Of a stretch of 64,000 bases of DNA, positions 9,721 through 20,162 are shown piece by piece. Source of the stretch: Candidatus Cloacimonadota bacterium (GTDB lineage: Bacteria; Muiribacteriota; UBA6191); NCBI GenBank assembly GCA_023954715.1, contig JAGSHD010000001.1, positions 428,468-492,467 of the forward strand, written 5' to 3'. The notes under the pieces were generated by a model. It was not told the origin of the DNA. It ran no database searches and saw only the letters and a list, made by a program, of their open reading frames with translations. Numbering within the stretch: the first letter of the stretch is position 1; every line of letters starts with the position of its first letter. A program made the position numbers and the translations under genes.

Positions 9721-12700
9721 TTAACGAAGACGATATTTTATAAGAGAGTTTAGACCATCTACAACAAATAAATAGTCATCATTTATAGCAAGTTGCTTCG
9801 GTTGACTTAAACTCTTAACTTTACCTAAATCTTGGTAATAATCAAGATTAGCCTTTTGTGTGATTTGGACTGTATTATCTAAGTTTACAACAATAGAAAA
9901 TATCTTTATAACCTCTTCATCTATTATAGCCACTTGATCTTTGTTACAAGACATAGCTTTTGGATTCGTAAATCCAATGCTATTCCCAGCGAAATCAATA
10001 ATACTTTCTGAACTCACAAAACCTAATCGATTCAAGGATGGATTGGAGCGACTTAAATAAACTTCTAGTTTGTTTTTTGGGTCGGACCCAATACTAATTA
10101 TACCTTTATCAAATCGACAAAAGTCCACTGCTTCGCTTTGTAAATTTAAATTAGCATGAGTATCTGGAATTGCAGAACCATCGAGCTTTCTATACTGTAA
10201 TCTTGACTTTGCTCCATTTACATTTTCTAGCGTTAATAAATGGTTATCAATATCATAAGCGACATTCATATCAACTGCTTTATCAAAAGCGAGCTCTAGT
10301 CCTGTACTCGTCGTAAGAAAAGTATAAGTTCTACTAGTTTGAAATTCTAGAGTCCTTAATCCATTAGTGAGTATTGATCTAAAATAACTATCTGAAGTCT
10401 CTCTCATAGAATATAAACTTTTTTTACTTGGAACTAATACGTGAACTTCTCTTGTAGATGCCTTTAGTTTTTCAAATGAGTTGGTAAAATATAGAGGATT
10501 ATCTTTATTTGTTACTGCCTGAGTAAAGTTTTGTTCTTGCCACTTAGTAAATCCTACATGAGACTCTGTTTGTAAAAGCCCCTGTCCCAAACTCTCTAAA
10601 TTTATCCTATAATCACTTTGTAGGTTTTTTGTATAAAAGTCGATTGCTGCTAATTGCTGATCCACAACAAATAGCTCATCGTTCGGTGTAAAGTCCATAT
10701 CTACAATATTTTGTTGAGCTCCAATATTGTTTGGATTTTGCAAATAGTGAGATATAAAAACTCCATTGCTAGTAAACGATGATATCCTTGAAGATTGCTC
10801 ATCTACTACCCATATTTCTTCTATTCCTTGATGACTTGTTCTTTGTAAAGCTCGTATTGAAGAAATTGTTATAAATTGACCATCTCTCAATCCATGACCA
10901 CCAAAACTAGTAAGTAATGTTAGAGCATCAGTAGACTCCCTGCGATATTTATGAATCTTCAATTTGTCATCAGCTACATATAAAATATCTCCATTAATAG
11001 ATACCTCAAATGCTACAGGAGAGTATGTAAAGGTCAGTGCAGTTAATGCCTGAAAACTCTGACTAGTTTTACTATCAAAATGTTGTCGCAAGATTTTTTT
11101 ATTGTTGCTATCTAACAAGTGTACTACTTCGCTCCCAATATCCAGATTATTTGGGTTTGAAGAGTTCACCACATAGCTTTGTGTGACCCTTATAGATGAT
11201 ATAGTCGATGGAAGTTGAAAATCTAATAGTCCTAACAGACCAGTAGACGATGGCTTGCCTCCTTGCGAAGATGGCAAGTTTATTCCTGTTTGTACTCCAT
11301 TTACATATCGAAACAATTGACTACTTGAATTTGAAGATGTTGCACTATAGGCATAAGTCACACTAGATAAAAATGGACTATATTCAAAGATAGTTGCTGT
11401 ACTTAAGTTTGTAAAAGAACCTGATACCACAGCTACATCTCTATATAGCTGATGAGACTGATTGTCTTTTCCTTCTCCTTCTGAGATATAAGATAAAAAA
11501 GTACTCGATTGATTATTTAAGTCCTTTTTTAAGTGAATTGTTCGATTTACATCAGAGTTGATGCCTTCAAAATGTCCGTTCAATAATACTGTTTGAGTCG
11601 TATTTGCTGGATTCATGCTAGTAAAACTAGCAAAATTATGAAGTTTCTTTAGTGTTGAATAGTCACTATTTGTAGTCCCAGTAACACCCAAAATACTTTG
11701 AAAACCTACACCGATCAATGACAAGCTTGGGTTCGATTTTTGAGAGATTAGTACAGATGATAAACCTACCCCTGTAAAGTCCATATCACTTGGAGAAGTA
11801 AAAACGTTTTTGTATGTAGATTTCAATGAATCAAAAATAGGAAATATATTAAAAACTAAAGACGAAGTACTTATATTTCCAAAGCTATCACTAGCAGTTA
11901 AAAATACAGTATTTGCACCTGAAACAGCTGTTAAGACCTTTTCAAATACGATAGATGAGTTTGTAGGAAGAGTTACTATATTGTTCCAGGTACTCAATGA
12001 TGTACTTGTTATAAAACTACTAGCCTCTCCATTAATATTTAAATTAGTGATAGCACTTAATTCATCACCTACTTTACCTCTAATCTTGAACTTCCCACCA
12101 ACAGTTAAACTATTAGTATCTAGCTGAAACTCTGATATAACCGGACCTGTTACATCCTTTTTGAAATAGAGAATTGCATTACTTTTCAAGGGAGCTTTCG
12201 TATAACCTTGATATTTACCAGTATAATTATCTTCTAAGTATAGTCTTACTGGCCAAATTCCATCTTTTACGATGGATGCTGTCTGATGAAACAAGGCACT
12301 TTGGCTAAGATGATTATTTATTGTCACTCTAGAGAAGTGAGTCACACTATTTGTGCTACTTAATGGAGGATTAATTAACTCTGAGTAACTTTCTGGAATC
12401 GTCAAACGAAACGAATCAAATAGACCCAGACCATTACTAGATAAGTTAAAACCAGATCGATCTTCTATAAACCCTTTGACATTTACCGGACACAATAGGT
12501 CTTTACAATTAGTGAGCTCATAAATTGGAGGGGAAAGCTCTTGTCCTGTTGTGATAATAATAGACGAGGATACACCGTTAACAGAGGTCACAACTAAACT
12601 AGGTTTAGTAACGTCATCTAATTCATAGACAAATGGAGACAATTTACTAATATTTCCAAAAATATCAGAAGCCGAAATATTTACTGTATTGCTTAATCCT

Positions 12701-15700
12701 TCAGTAAACTGTAGACCGGTCAACTCCCAAGATAGTTGGGTACTTGTTGAGCTTATACTTACACACTGAGACCCAATGCATGCTGATACGCTTGCTATGG
12801 GAGAAGTATCAACTGATAAGCCTTGAATAGATTGAGTAGTAGAGTAGATTGTAGTTAAACTTGAAATAGAAGGCGATGACACAAAAATTGAGGGTCCTTG
12901 AAAGTCTAAAGTTCTAATCTTTAATGACAATTGGGATTGCAAAGACGAGCTATCAAAAGCGCTAATATCTAAAAGATAGTTTTGTTGTTCATTTAAAAAG
13001 CTTACTCTTTCACTCACATTAATGTTGTTACTTTGGGGAGGAAAGATCTTCTTTGTACCAATTTGATAAAACGAAATATTATTTTCGTCTGTAATATTTA
13101 AAGTGTATTGTAAAGAAGATGTAGTTACAGCATCTAGCTCTAAATAAACTGAGCTAACATCGTTTTCAAATCTAGTCCAGCTCTGTGCCAAACTATATTG
13201 CACACTGTTTCCCAAGATAGTTGGAGTTACCGGTATTTCAATTGTAAGCTTGTTGGCTCCATCTACAGAGTATGTTTTAAACACTTTTAACTTAGATTTA
13301 TATTGAGATTTAAATAGTGAGATTTCTTTAAACCAGATCTTTGGAGGCGTAGCATCTAATGAGTTCACCACATGGGTTAGATTTTGAGCATGTTTGTTAG
13401 ATAAAAAATCCATAGTCTCAATCTCAAAAACATTTGCGATACCAGACTCTAACTCAAAATTTTGAAAATGCCAGATATCTCTGTTTTGTAAATCTTGTAT
13501 TCCATTAACTGTTACTCTATTTGAACTTGGTTTACTTAGATTTACCAAATTAGCATAGGCCACTCCACTTTTATCTTTAATTTCTACGTCTACCGAGCTA
13601 ACAATAGTGTTGGACAGAATGGAGCTTGTTGTTGGATAAATAAAACGAACACTAGGTACTTTAAAATCTAAAACCTGAAATTTATTAACAATAGACGAGC
13701 CCACTCTTAAATCTTGAGACTCTTGTAGAGCCATAGATAAAATTATAGAGTTGACCGTGGACAGGTCTGATATTTTAGAGGATAAATCATTATATATATC
13801 CCAGTATATACTCACTGTTGAGGAGTTTCTGGTGGACGATAATGATATAGTATTTTGGGTATTTGTAGTAGTAGGTAAAAGCTTCAAAGATTTTGCTCTA
13901 TAAAGGTTTCCATCATGAGTATAATTCATTAAAAAATTTAAATCCGCTGTTTCAAAATCACTATAAGCAATGGACAACTCTAAAAGAGACTTACTAATTT
14001 GCTTGGTAGTATTGAGTGCTAAAAATGGAGACTGATTGCTCTTTTGAATCTGAGTTAAGACAATTGTTTCTCCAGTACTAGAGTTCACCTGATTCAATAA
14101 AAAATAATCATGTAAAGCTTTTCGTTTCTCCCATCCATGTAAAAAGATCTCTTCTTGAATTGTCATAATTTGTGATTGACTATTTGATAGTGAGTTTAGC
14201 TCAATAGCCAACATCAAGTCTTTTGGAGCTTGTATTGATTGAAAAGAATACTCTCCAAAGCCATTACTATAGGTAGATTGAATCAACTTTTGCTGGCTAT
14301 CAAACAATAGCAGTTTAAAGTTTTCAAGTGGAGTCGCACTTTGATCAGAAGCCAATAGCCTTCCTGCCACTATCGTTGACTCGGTAAAGTTATCGATAAA
14401 ACTTGTTTTATCTAATGTTTGTCTTAAACTTGAGAGTTTTGTTTCCCATAATGAAAAGCCGGTGTCTATATTTAATTGAACATTAATATTACTATCATTT
14501 AATATGGACTGATAATAGCTAACGTAGCTATCTAATTTTTTTGATAGATGTGTAATATTTAAATAATTTGGAATTACATTAGGACCTAGTATCGTAAACA
14601 ATGTTTGAGTACTATCTGAAGGAAAAACCATAAAACCTTCTAATAAAGACTCATAAAAAAAATCCATTACTGAGAGGTTTGTTGTATTCGACAAACTCTG
14701 TCCTTGAATGCTCTTATCTCTATTCCATTCATAGTATTTTTGTAAATATTGAGCCTTTCTAGATATAGCAAGACTAGTATATTGAAGTGACCCAGAAAAG
14801 TTTCTATACATTGTATTTTGTATAGATAATTTAGACTGTGGAGCACTAAAAGAGTCTAGGTGTAGCTTTGGACTAAATCCGTTTTTTATAGCTTTTTTAT
14901 GTTTTGCCTCTAGCGTTTCTAAAAAGTAACCTAAATAGATATTATCTTGTGACAAAAATTCAAAAAATGTATTTAAACCAAAGTTTAAAGCAGATCGAGT
15001 AGATAACCTCTTTTGTAAGCTTGCACTAACACCCTTAGTAAATCCAACACTTTTGATTGCTTGATATGGAAAAAAGTAGTCTAAAGAACCAGATGCATTA
15101 CTTACAAATTCACCATCAGCTAAATGTACTTCATGATTGATACTACTTTTTTGATATAAGCTAGTAACATTCAAAAAGTTTGACCCGGATACTTTTGCAA
15201 GTTCAGATAAAATTTGTAAATTAATCCATGGGAACCTACGAGCATCTTTCACTATAGCATCTATGATTAATTTATGATTTGGGCTTATACTTGCTATTGT
15301 ATCGAGTTCACTCGTAGATAAGCTAATAATTTTATTGGGTGCTTTTAAAATAGATTTTTCACTATCAGGAAGAGTTTGATTGATACTAGATAAAATTTCA
15401 TCTAAGTTTAAATAAGCTTTATATGGAATGGTGTTTCCATTATCTAGTTTTGACCATCGATCTGCTACCAAGACTCTTTGATTTGGTAGCAGTATAAAGT
15501 AACCTAAATCTAATAAGGATAAAACAAGTTGAGCCTGCTTTCTTACAGGAGAAGTATTGTTTTGTACTATCAGTTTGTTTTCTACTCTCGATTTTACTTC
15601 AACAAAACCCTTTACAATACTATCACTAGTATCTAGCTTTTCTGATTGTTCTAACCATTGTTTTCCTCTTCCGGCAAAGCGTTGATCCCTTGTGATCAAG

Positions 15701-16350
15701 AAGTCACTAGCTTTCACATTGTTAAAAACTAAGGAGTCAGCGTACTTTAACTGTAGTGCTAAGACTTCATCTAACATAGGATTGATTTCAGCTTTTATTG
15801 AGGCTACCGTGCTTTGATTAGAGCCTCCACCAATTCTATTGAAAATCTCTTCTTTAACAAAACGATAGGCACCATCAGAGTTAACATCCACATTTATTTT
15901 TGGGACTGACACTAAAAAAGAGTTGGGATCATATAGTGAAAACATTTCTTTATCATCAAAGGTAAAACGTAAAACCAAAGTACCTAGATTTTTTGGATTT
16001 GCTGTTTCAAAATCTTCTTCGTTTAATATAAATTGTCCTTGTGAGTTTGTAATCACATTAGCCGATGATTTTAACAAGTCATTAGAAAACTCAAAGTCAT
16101 CTGCTTTATAAACGCTTAATTTGGCGGAAACTACTCGATTGCTAGAAGAACTTTTAGATATTGATTTTAAAATAGACTTTGAGATCGATGAAGAAACAGT
16201 AGTAGGAAAAGTTAAAGTACCACTTACAAATAACTTACTAGCTATGACCGAACTACTAGAGTCATCTACTTTTGCGCCACAACCAATTAATAGCAATGAC
16301 AGCGCAAAAGCGCACAAACACAAATATGTTTTAATCTTTTTTTTGTCCAT
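9721..16350 (-). CDS. Giant surface lipoprotein (about 2209 aa), paralog of the preceding gene. Start moved to the internal ATG at 16350
   Basis: MDKKKIKTYLCLCAFALSLLLIGCG signal peptide with LIGC lipobox begins at the ATG at 16350; the track start at 16416 adds a non-signal extension. Shares an N-terminal SISKSI(L)KS motif and an RFVKEEI...IGG block with the 2329-aa protein. NHL-like repeats (DILYVADDKLKIHKY..., IWVVDEQSSRISSF) in the N-terminal third. Confidence 0.7.
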   Translation of the reverse strand: MDKKKIKTYLCLCAFALSLLLIGCGAKVDDSSSSVIASKLFVSGTLTFPTTVSSSISKSILKSISKSSSSNRVVSAKLSVYKADDFEFSNDLLKSSANVITNSQGQFILNEEDFETANPKNLGTLVLRFTFDDKEMFSLYDPNSFLVSVPKINVDVNSDGAYRFVKEEIFNRIGGGSNQSTVASIKAEINPMLDEVLALQLKYADSLVFNNVKASDFLITRDQRFAGRGKQWLEQSEKLDTSDSIVKGFVEVKSRVENKLIVQNNTSPVRKQAQLVLSLLDLGYFILLPNQRVLVADRWSKLDNGNTIPYKAYLNLDEILSSINQTLPDSEKSILKAPNKIISLSTSELDTIASISPNHKLIIDAIVKDARRFPWINLQILSELAKVSGSNFLNVTSLYQKSSINHEVHLADGEFVSNASGSLDYFFPYQAIKSVGFTKGVSASLQKRLSTRSALNFGLNTFFEFLSQDNIYLGYFLETLEAKHKKAIKNGFSPKLHLDSFSAPQSKLSIQNTMYRNFSGSLQYTSLAISRKAQYLQKYYEWNRDKSIQGQSLSNTTNLSVMDFFYESLLEGFMVFPSDSTQTLFTILGPNVIPNYLNITHLSKKLDSYVSYYQSILNDSNINVQLNIDTGFSLWETKLSSLRQTLDKTSFIDNFTESTIVAGRLLASDQSATPLENFKLLLFDSQQKLIQSTYSNGFGEYSFQSIQAPKDLMLAIELNSLSNSQSQIMTIQEEIFLHGWEKRKALHDYFLLNQVNSSTGETIVLTQIQKSNQSPFLALNTTKQISKSLLELSIAYSDFETADLNFLMNYTHDGNLYRAKSLKLLPTTTNTQNTISLSSTRNSSTVSIYWDIYNDLSSKISDLSTVNSIILSMALQESQDLRVGSSIVNKFQVLDFKVPSVRFIYPTTSSILSNTIVSSVDVEIKDKSGVAYANLVNLSKPSSNRVTVNGIQDLQNRDIWHFQNFELESGIANVFEIETMDFLSNKHAQNLTHVVNSLDATPPKIWFKEISLFKSQYKSKLKVFKTYSVDGANKLTIEIPVTPTILGNSVQYSLAQSWTRFENDVSSVYLELDAVTTSSLQYTLNITDENNISFYQIGTKKIFPPQSNNINVSERVSFLNEQQNYLLDISAFDSSSLQSQLSLKIRTLDFQGPSIFVSSPSISSLTTIYSTTQSIQGLSVDTSPIASVSACIGSQCVSISSTSTQLSWELTGLQFTEGLSNTVNISASDIFGNISKLSPFVYELDDVTKPSLVVTSVNGVSSSIIITTGQELSPPIYELTNCKDLLCPVNVKGFIEDRSGFNLSSNGLGLFDSFRLTIPESYSELINPPLSSTNSVTHFSRVTINNHLSQSALFHQTASIVKDGIWPVRLYLEDNYTGKYQGYTKAPLKSNAILYFKKDVTGPVISEFQLDTNSLTVGGKFKIRGKVGDELSAITNLNINGEASSFITSTSLSTWNNIVTLPTNSSIVFEKVLTAVSGANTVFLTASDSFGNISTSSLVFNIFPIFDSLKSTYKNVFTSPSDMDFTGVGLSSVLISQKSNPSLSLIGVGFQSILGVTGTTNSDYSTLKKLHNFASFTSMNPANTTQTVLLNGHFEGINSDVNRTIHLKKDLNNQSSTFLSYISEGEGKDNQSHQLYRDVAVVSGSFTNLSTATIFEYSPFLSSVTYAYSATSSNSSSQLFRYVNGVQTGINLPSSQGGKPSSTGLLGLLDFQLPSTISSIRVTQSYVVNSSNPNNLDIGSEVVHLLDSNNKKILRQHFDSKTSQSFQALTALTFTYSPVAFEVSINGDILYVADDKLKIHKYRRESTDALTLLTSFGGHGLRDGQFITISSIRALQRTSHQGIEEIWVVDEQSSRISSFTSNGVFISHYLQNPNNIGAQQNIVDMDFTPNDELFVVDQQLAAIDFYTKNLQSDYRINLESLGQGLLQTESHVGFTKWQEQNFTQAVTNKDNPLYFTNSFEKLKASTREVHVLVPSKKSLYSMRETSDSYFRSILTNGLRTLEFQTSRTYTFLTTSTGLELAFDKAVDMNVAYDIDNHLLTLENVNGAKSRLQYRKLDGSAIPDTHANLNLQSEAVDFCRFDKGIISIGSDPKNKLEVYLSRSNPSLNRLGFVSSESIIDFAGNSIGFTNPKAMSCNKDQVAIIDEEVIKIFSIVVNLDNTVQITQKANLDYYQDLGKVKSLSQPKQLAINDDYLFVVDGLNSLIKYRLR

Positions 16351-16609
16351 TAATTTTTTTGTAAAGCCCTCAAGATTAGTAATACAGCGCAATATAAAGT
16401 TATGAATCGGAAGCAATTTTCTTTCTTTGTGACCGTTTCTAGCTAAAATTTAGAAATTGAATCATTAAAAAAAAGTAACAAAAGCTCTGATATACTATCG
16501 ACCTATTTACTAAAAAACTGTGGATTTAGTGTACAAAAGTCTAGCGAAATACTAACTTTTTGTGTATATTTGCTATCTTCAAAAAACCAACTGAAACCCA
16601 TTATTGATA

Positions 16610-16789
16610 ATGAACGCAAAAAGAATCTCTTGTATAAAGTGTAAATACTACAAAGTTACCTGGGAGCCAGATCGACCTCACTCATGTACTTTGTTTGCTT
16701 TTAAAAGTAAAGCAATCCCTATGCACGTTGTAAGGCAAACTGACGGCAACCAATGTCAGGGCTACAAAAAAAAATAACCTGTTTACAAA
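16610..16789 (+). CDS. Candidate 59-aa Cys-rich basic small protein (CxxC...C...C). Not in the ORF track and has no SD, so doubtful
   Basis: ATG at 16610 follows an in-frame TAA. Translation: MNAKRISCIKCKYYKVTWEPDRPHSCTLFAFKSKAIPMHVVRQTDGNQCQGYKKK. It coincides exactly with a locally GC-rich island in an AT-rich spacer. It converges on the stop of the minus-strand gene. Confidence 0.2.
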
Positions 16790-18054
16790 ACATCCATAAA
16801 AGCAGAAACGCTAAACACTGCATTTCCTGGGCCTGTTGGTCCATATCCTTTAGGGTTTGGCAGATCATGTTTGTGAAATGTCTCACGAAACACTCTTAAG
16901 AGTTTCATAAAGTACTCTAATTTTGGTGCTTCTTGTGGCCCTAACTTTGCATAAGGCTCGGGACACCAACTTGTAAATCGAGGCATTATTTTTTTACTCA
17001 TAAAAAACTCTAGACCTTCTTTAGTAGACGCAATTGCTTGATCCACATCAGTGTAACCATAGTTTTTATTCATTTCTACGCCACCAACAAAGTTAGGAAT
17101 CACATTTTCAGGACCAAATATTTCGGCCGAATCAACAATCCGCTTCATCCATTCTTCTCTTCCTATCCAACGAGTTTTACCTGGACAGATTTGTGGCCAT
17201 AAATCCTTATCCCATACTTCAAAGTTTGGGTGGTAGATGCTAACACCACTATCTTTAAGAATCTGACATTCACTTTTTTCATAAGCTTGAACTACGGCTT
17301 TAATCAACCATCGATCTCCAAAGCGGTCATGTATTGCTTTAGCATAAGGAGCATAAAACTCAACTTCTGTTTTATTTTGTAGTCCTGTAATGATAGAGCC
17401 ACCTGTTAGAGTAATCGCTTTGGAGATTGTATCTTCTTCTGCGATTAACTCTAGCGCTTCAAGGATTTCATCTAAAGATTTGACACCAGTATAGTCTCTA
17501 CCAGACTCTCTTTGCTGTTTGTAGTTTTTATTTAAATCACAAAATTGACACTGCTCTTCTTTGTTAAAATACTGACACATACGGTATACCGTTAGATAAA
17601 CCAAGTATCCCCACTCTAAAACAGGAGCGATTTCAGATATTTTTTTTCCGTTGGATAATTTTTTATGATAAAAAACAGGAACTGGATGATATTCAACATC
17701 TGCTAAATACTCGTCATTCAAAGAAATGATCAATCTACCTTCCAACAAATCTACTTTATATGGAGATTTTGGATTTAGTCTAACTGAGATTACAGTCTTT
17801 TTAAGATCAAAGATACCACCAGATATCTTAATCTCTTCGGGAGCATTTAAGTTTTCTTCTTTTTTCATATCTTTGATTGGAACCAAATCAAATGAAAAAA
17901 TAAAATAGTCTTTCGGTTTATATCCTTTTGCTATTTTAAGTGAATCTAAAGAAAAATCTAATCCATCTCTTAAGATATCTTGTTTTACTACTGCTTCTTT
18001 TGGTAAGTCTTTAAACTCGATGATATGATCTTCGAGATATTTCAAATTGGCCAT
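16783..18054 (-). CDS. Radical-SAM-like enzyme with an atypical Cys cluster (Cx9Cx2C) and a GGS motif about 40 residues downstream
   Basis: ATG at 18054. CQYFNKEEQCQFC is followed by ITLTGGSIIT at the spacing where canonical radical SAM proteins carry GGE. No other family recognised by eye. Sits 10 nt upstream of a SAM methyltransferase on the same strand. Confidence 0.4.
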   Translation of the reverse strand: MANLKYLEDHIIEFKDLPKEAVVKQDILRDGLDFSLDSLKIAKGYKPKDYFIFSFDLVPIKDMKKEENLNAPEEIKISGGIFDLKKTVISVRLNPKSPYKVDLLEGRLIISLNDEYLADVEYHPVPVFYHKKLSNGKKISEIAPVLEWGYLVYLTVYRMCQYFNKEEQCQFCDLNKNYKQQRESGRDYTGVKSLDEILEALELIAEEDTISKAITLTGGSIITGLQNKTEVEFYAPYAKAIHDRFGDRWLIKAVVQAYEKSECQILKDSGVSIYHPNFEVWDKDLWPQICPGKTRWIGREEWMKRIVDSAEIFGPENVIPNFVGGVEMNKNYGYTDVDQAIASTKEGLEFFMSKKIMPRFTSWCPEPYAKLGPQEAPKLEYFMKLLRVFRETFHKHDLPNPKGYGPTGPGNAVFSVSAFMDVL

Positions 18055-18064
18055 TATTTATCTT

Positions 18065-18694
18065 CTATCGAAACGCAAAGTGTCTTGCAATTGCTGGGGG
18101 AAAGTTTAAAAATACTTCGTCAGTGTCTACTTGATAAGCATCAACAAAGCTGTTAAGTAGTTTATATTTAGGCATGCTAACTTGTCTTTTAAGTGCTACA
18201 TTAAGTTTTTCTTTTATCTTTCTAACATATAAATACTCAAAGTAAGATAGCTTACCATTGTCTGTAAGAAGATTTTGATAACCCGTTAGAATACTTTGTA
18301 TCACGTCTGATTTAAAGTTATTTAACGGTAAGCCAGAGATCACAAAATCAAATTTGTGCTCTAGACCTATTTCTTCCATAAAACAACAATGAACCTTAAA
18401 GTCCACACCTTCTAACTGCTCTTTCCATTCATTTTCAGCCATCTTGTTTAACAACTCACAAAATGACTCGTTAACTTCAACCAAATGGAAAGTATCGCCA
18501 GGCTTAACATGTTTCAGTATACCTTCAGTAATTGGTCCCGTACCAGGCCCAATCTCGATGATTCTTTTTGGTCCTTCGAATGTCTTTAGGTTTTTGGCTA
18601 AAGCCTCTGCTAAATAAGAAGTAGAGGGAAATATAGAGCCTACAGTCATAGAGTTATCTTTAAACTCTTTAAAAAATGATAAAACGCTTCTCAT
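18065..18694 (-). CDS. Class I SAM-dependent methyltransferase (209 aa)
   Basis: Motif I IIEIGPGTGPITEGIL is followed by an acidic residue after a beta strand (HLVEVNE). Size and layout resemble small-molecule or lipid N-methyltransferases. ATG at 18694. Confidence 0.65.
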   Translation of the reverse strand: MRSVLSFFKEFKDNSMTVGSIFPSTSYLAEALAKNLKTFEGPKRIIEIGPGTGPITEGILKHVKPGDTFHLVEVNESFCELLNKMAENEWKEQLEGVDFKVHCCFMEEIGLEHKFDFVISGLPLNNFKSDVIQSILTGYQNLLTDNGKLSYFEYLYVRKIKEKLNVALKRQVSMPKYKLLNSFVDAYQVDTDEVFLNFPPAIARHFAFR

Positions 18695-18719
18695 ATTAGT
18701 TTGTCCAAGCTACAAAGAA

Positions 18720-20162
18720 TTAATGTCCGAAACATAAGTAGTTATATAGTTTCCCGTAGGTCTCAGCAGATTTATACCAAGAAAAATCTGTTGTCATTCC
18801 ACGTTGTCTCACGATTTTTAATATATCTTTATATTCAAAAAGACCAAGCGCTCTTGAAACTGCATCCATAAAGCTACCTTTATTATAATCATAAAAAACG
18901 TAGCCGTTTCCGCGGTCTTGATGACGATCACAATCAAATACAGTATCTGCTAAGCCACCTGTATTATATACAATTGGAATTGTCCCATACTTTAAAGAAT
19001 ACATTTGATTTAAACCACAAGGCTCGTATCGAGAAGGCATTAAAAAGTAATCACTAGCTGCTTCAATTTGATGAGAAAGCTCATTTGAAAAAGTTACAAA
19101 CGCTCTCACTTGTCGTGGGTATTTTTGTTCAAAATGCTTTAAAGTTTGAGCAAAATTTGGATCTCCAGACCCTAAAATTACTACTTGAGTTCCCATTCGT
19201 AGAATTTCTTCTAAAGCTGCTTCAATTAATTGGATTCCTTTTTGTGGGGTAAATCGACAAACCATGCCAATTAACGGTACATGTGACCAATATGGTAACC
19301 CGAGTTCAGACAAAAATCTTTCTTTAAATTGCTCTTTAACTTCTAGAGTTTCTGGCCCAAATTGATAATCCCCTAAAAATTGATCCGTTAAAGGGTTCCA
19401 TTCATCGTTATCAACACCATTCAGCACACCCGCTAGACGGTAACTATTTGCTCTTAGAACCTCTTCAAGTCCGCAACCAAACTCTTTTGTTTGAATCTCA
19501 TGGGCATAAGTAGGACTCACCGTTGTAATGAAGTCGGAATACTGTAATCCTGCTTTTAGTAAAGAGGCTGCCCCATGAATCTCCATACCATCGAAGTTCA
19601 TTACTGAATCAGGTAAGTCAAATTTTTTGTAGGAATTTGACCCCACATAACCTTGATATGCCAGATTATGAATGGTAAAGACTATTTTTGTATTAGCAAA
19701 AAAAGGGTCGTCTGCATATTTAAGCTTTAAGATTGCTGCTAAAATCCCTGTTTGCCAGTCATTTAGATGAACGATATCTGGTTGCCAATTTTGCATCTTA
19801 CACAATAACAATGCCGCTTCACAAAAATAGGCAAATCTCTCGTCATTATCTCCAAAGTCTCCATGGTCATCACCGTAGATTCCGTTTCTATCATAATAAT
19901 ATGGATTATATACAAAGTATCTATCTACATCATCATCGTTATTTCGAAGAAAAACGCCATCAACTGGTTGAGAAGAAATGTGAATATGAAATTTTTCGTA
20001 AGGAGTCATTTCTTCTTTGATAAAATGATAATAAGGTAAAACTGTTTTTACATCGTGACCCATATTTTGCAGTGCTTTTGGGAAGGCACCTGCTACGTCA
20101 GCTAAACCACCAGTTTTACAATACGGAACCATCTCTGAAGCTAAATAGAGAACTTTTGCCAT
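18720..20162 (-). CDS. glgA: Glycogen/starch synthase (GT5 family)
   Basis: Canonical KTGGLADV motif (MAKVLYLASEMVPYCKTGGLADVAGAFP) at the N-terminus. Start corrected to the ATG at 20162 (MAKVLYL); the track ORF adds 26 residues upstream. Confidence 0.85.
   Translation of the reverse strand: MAKVLYLASEMVPYCKTGGLADVAGAFPKALQNMGHDVKTVLPYYHFIKEEMTPYEKFHIHISSQPVDGVFLRNNDDDVDRYFVYNPYYYDRNGIYGDDHGDFGDNDERFAYFCEAALLLCKMQNWQPDIVHLNDWQTGILAAILKLKYADDPFFANTKIVFTIHNLAYQGYVGSNSYKKFDLPDSVMNFDGMEIHGAASLLKAGLQYSDFITTVSPTYAHEIQTKEFGCGLEEVLRANSYRLAGVLNGVDNDEWNPLTDQFLGDYQFGPETLEVKEQFKERFLSELGLPYWSHVPLIGMVCRFTPQKGIQLIEAALEEILRMGTQVVILGSGDPNFAQTLKHFEQKYPRQVRAFVTFSNELSHQIEAASDYFLMPSRYEPCGLNQMYSLKYGTIPIVYNTGGLADTVFDCDRHQDRGNGYVFYDYNKGSFMDAVSRALGLFEYKDILKIVRQRGMTTDFSWYKSAETYGKLYNYLCFGH

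Noticed and set aside
16711-16760. Hairpin (ctgac-N10-gtcag) followed by an A9 run as a terminator for the radical-SAM-like gene
   Set aside because: The orientation is wrong for either strand. The A-run follows the hairpin on the plus strand, and on the minus strand the U-run precedes the hairpin. It is treated instead as part of the GC-rich island.
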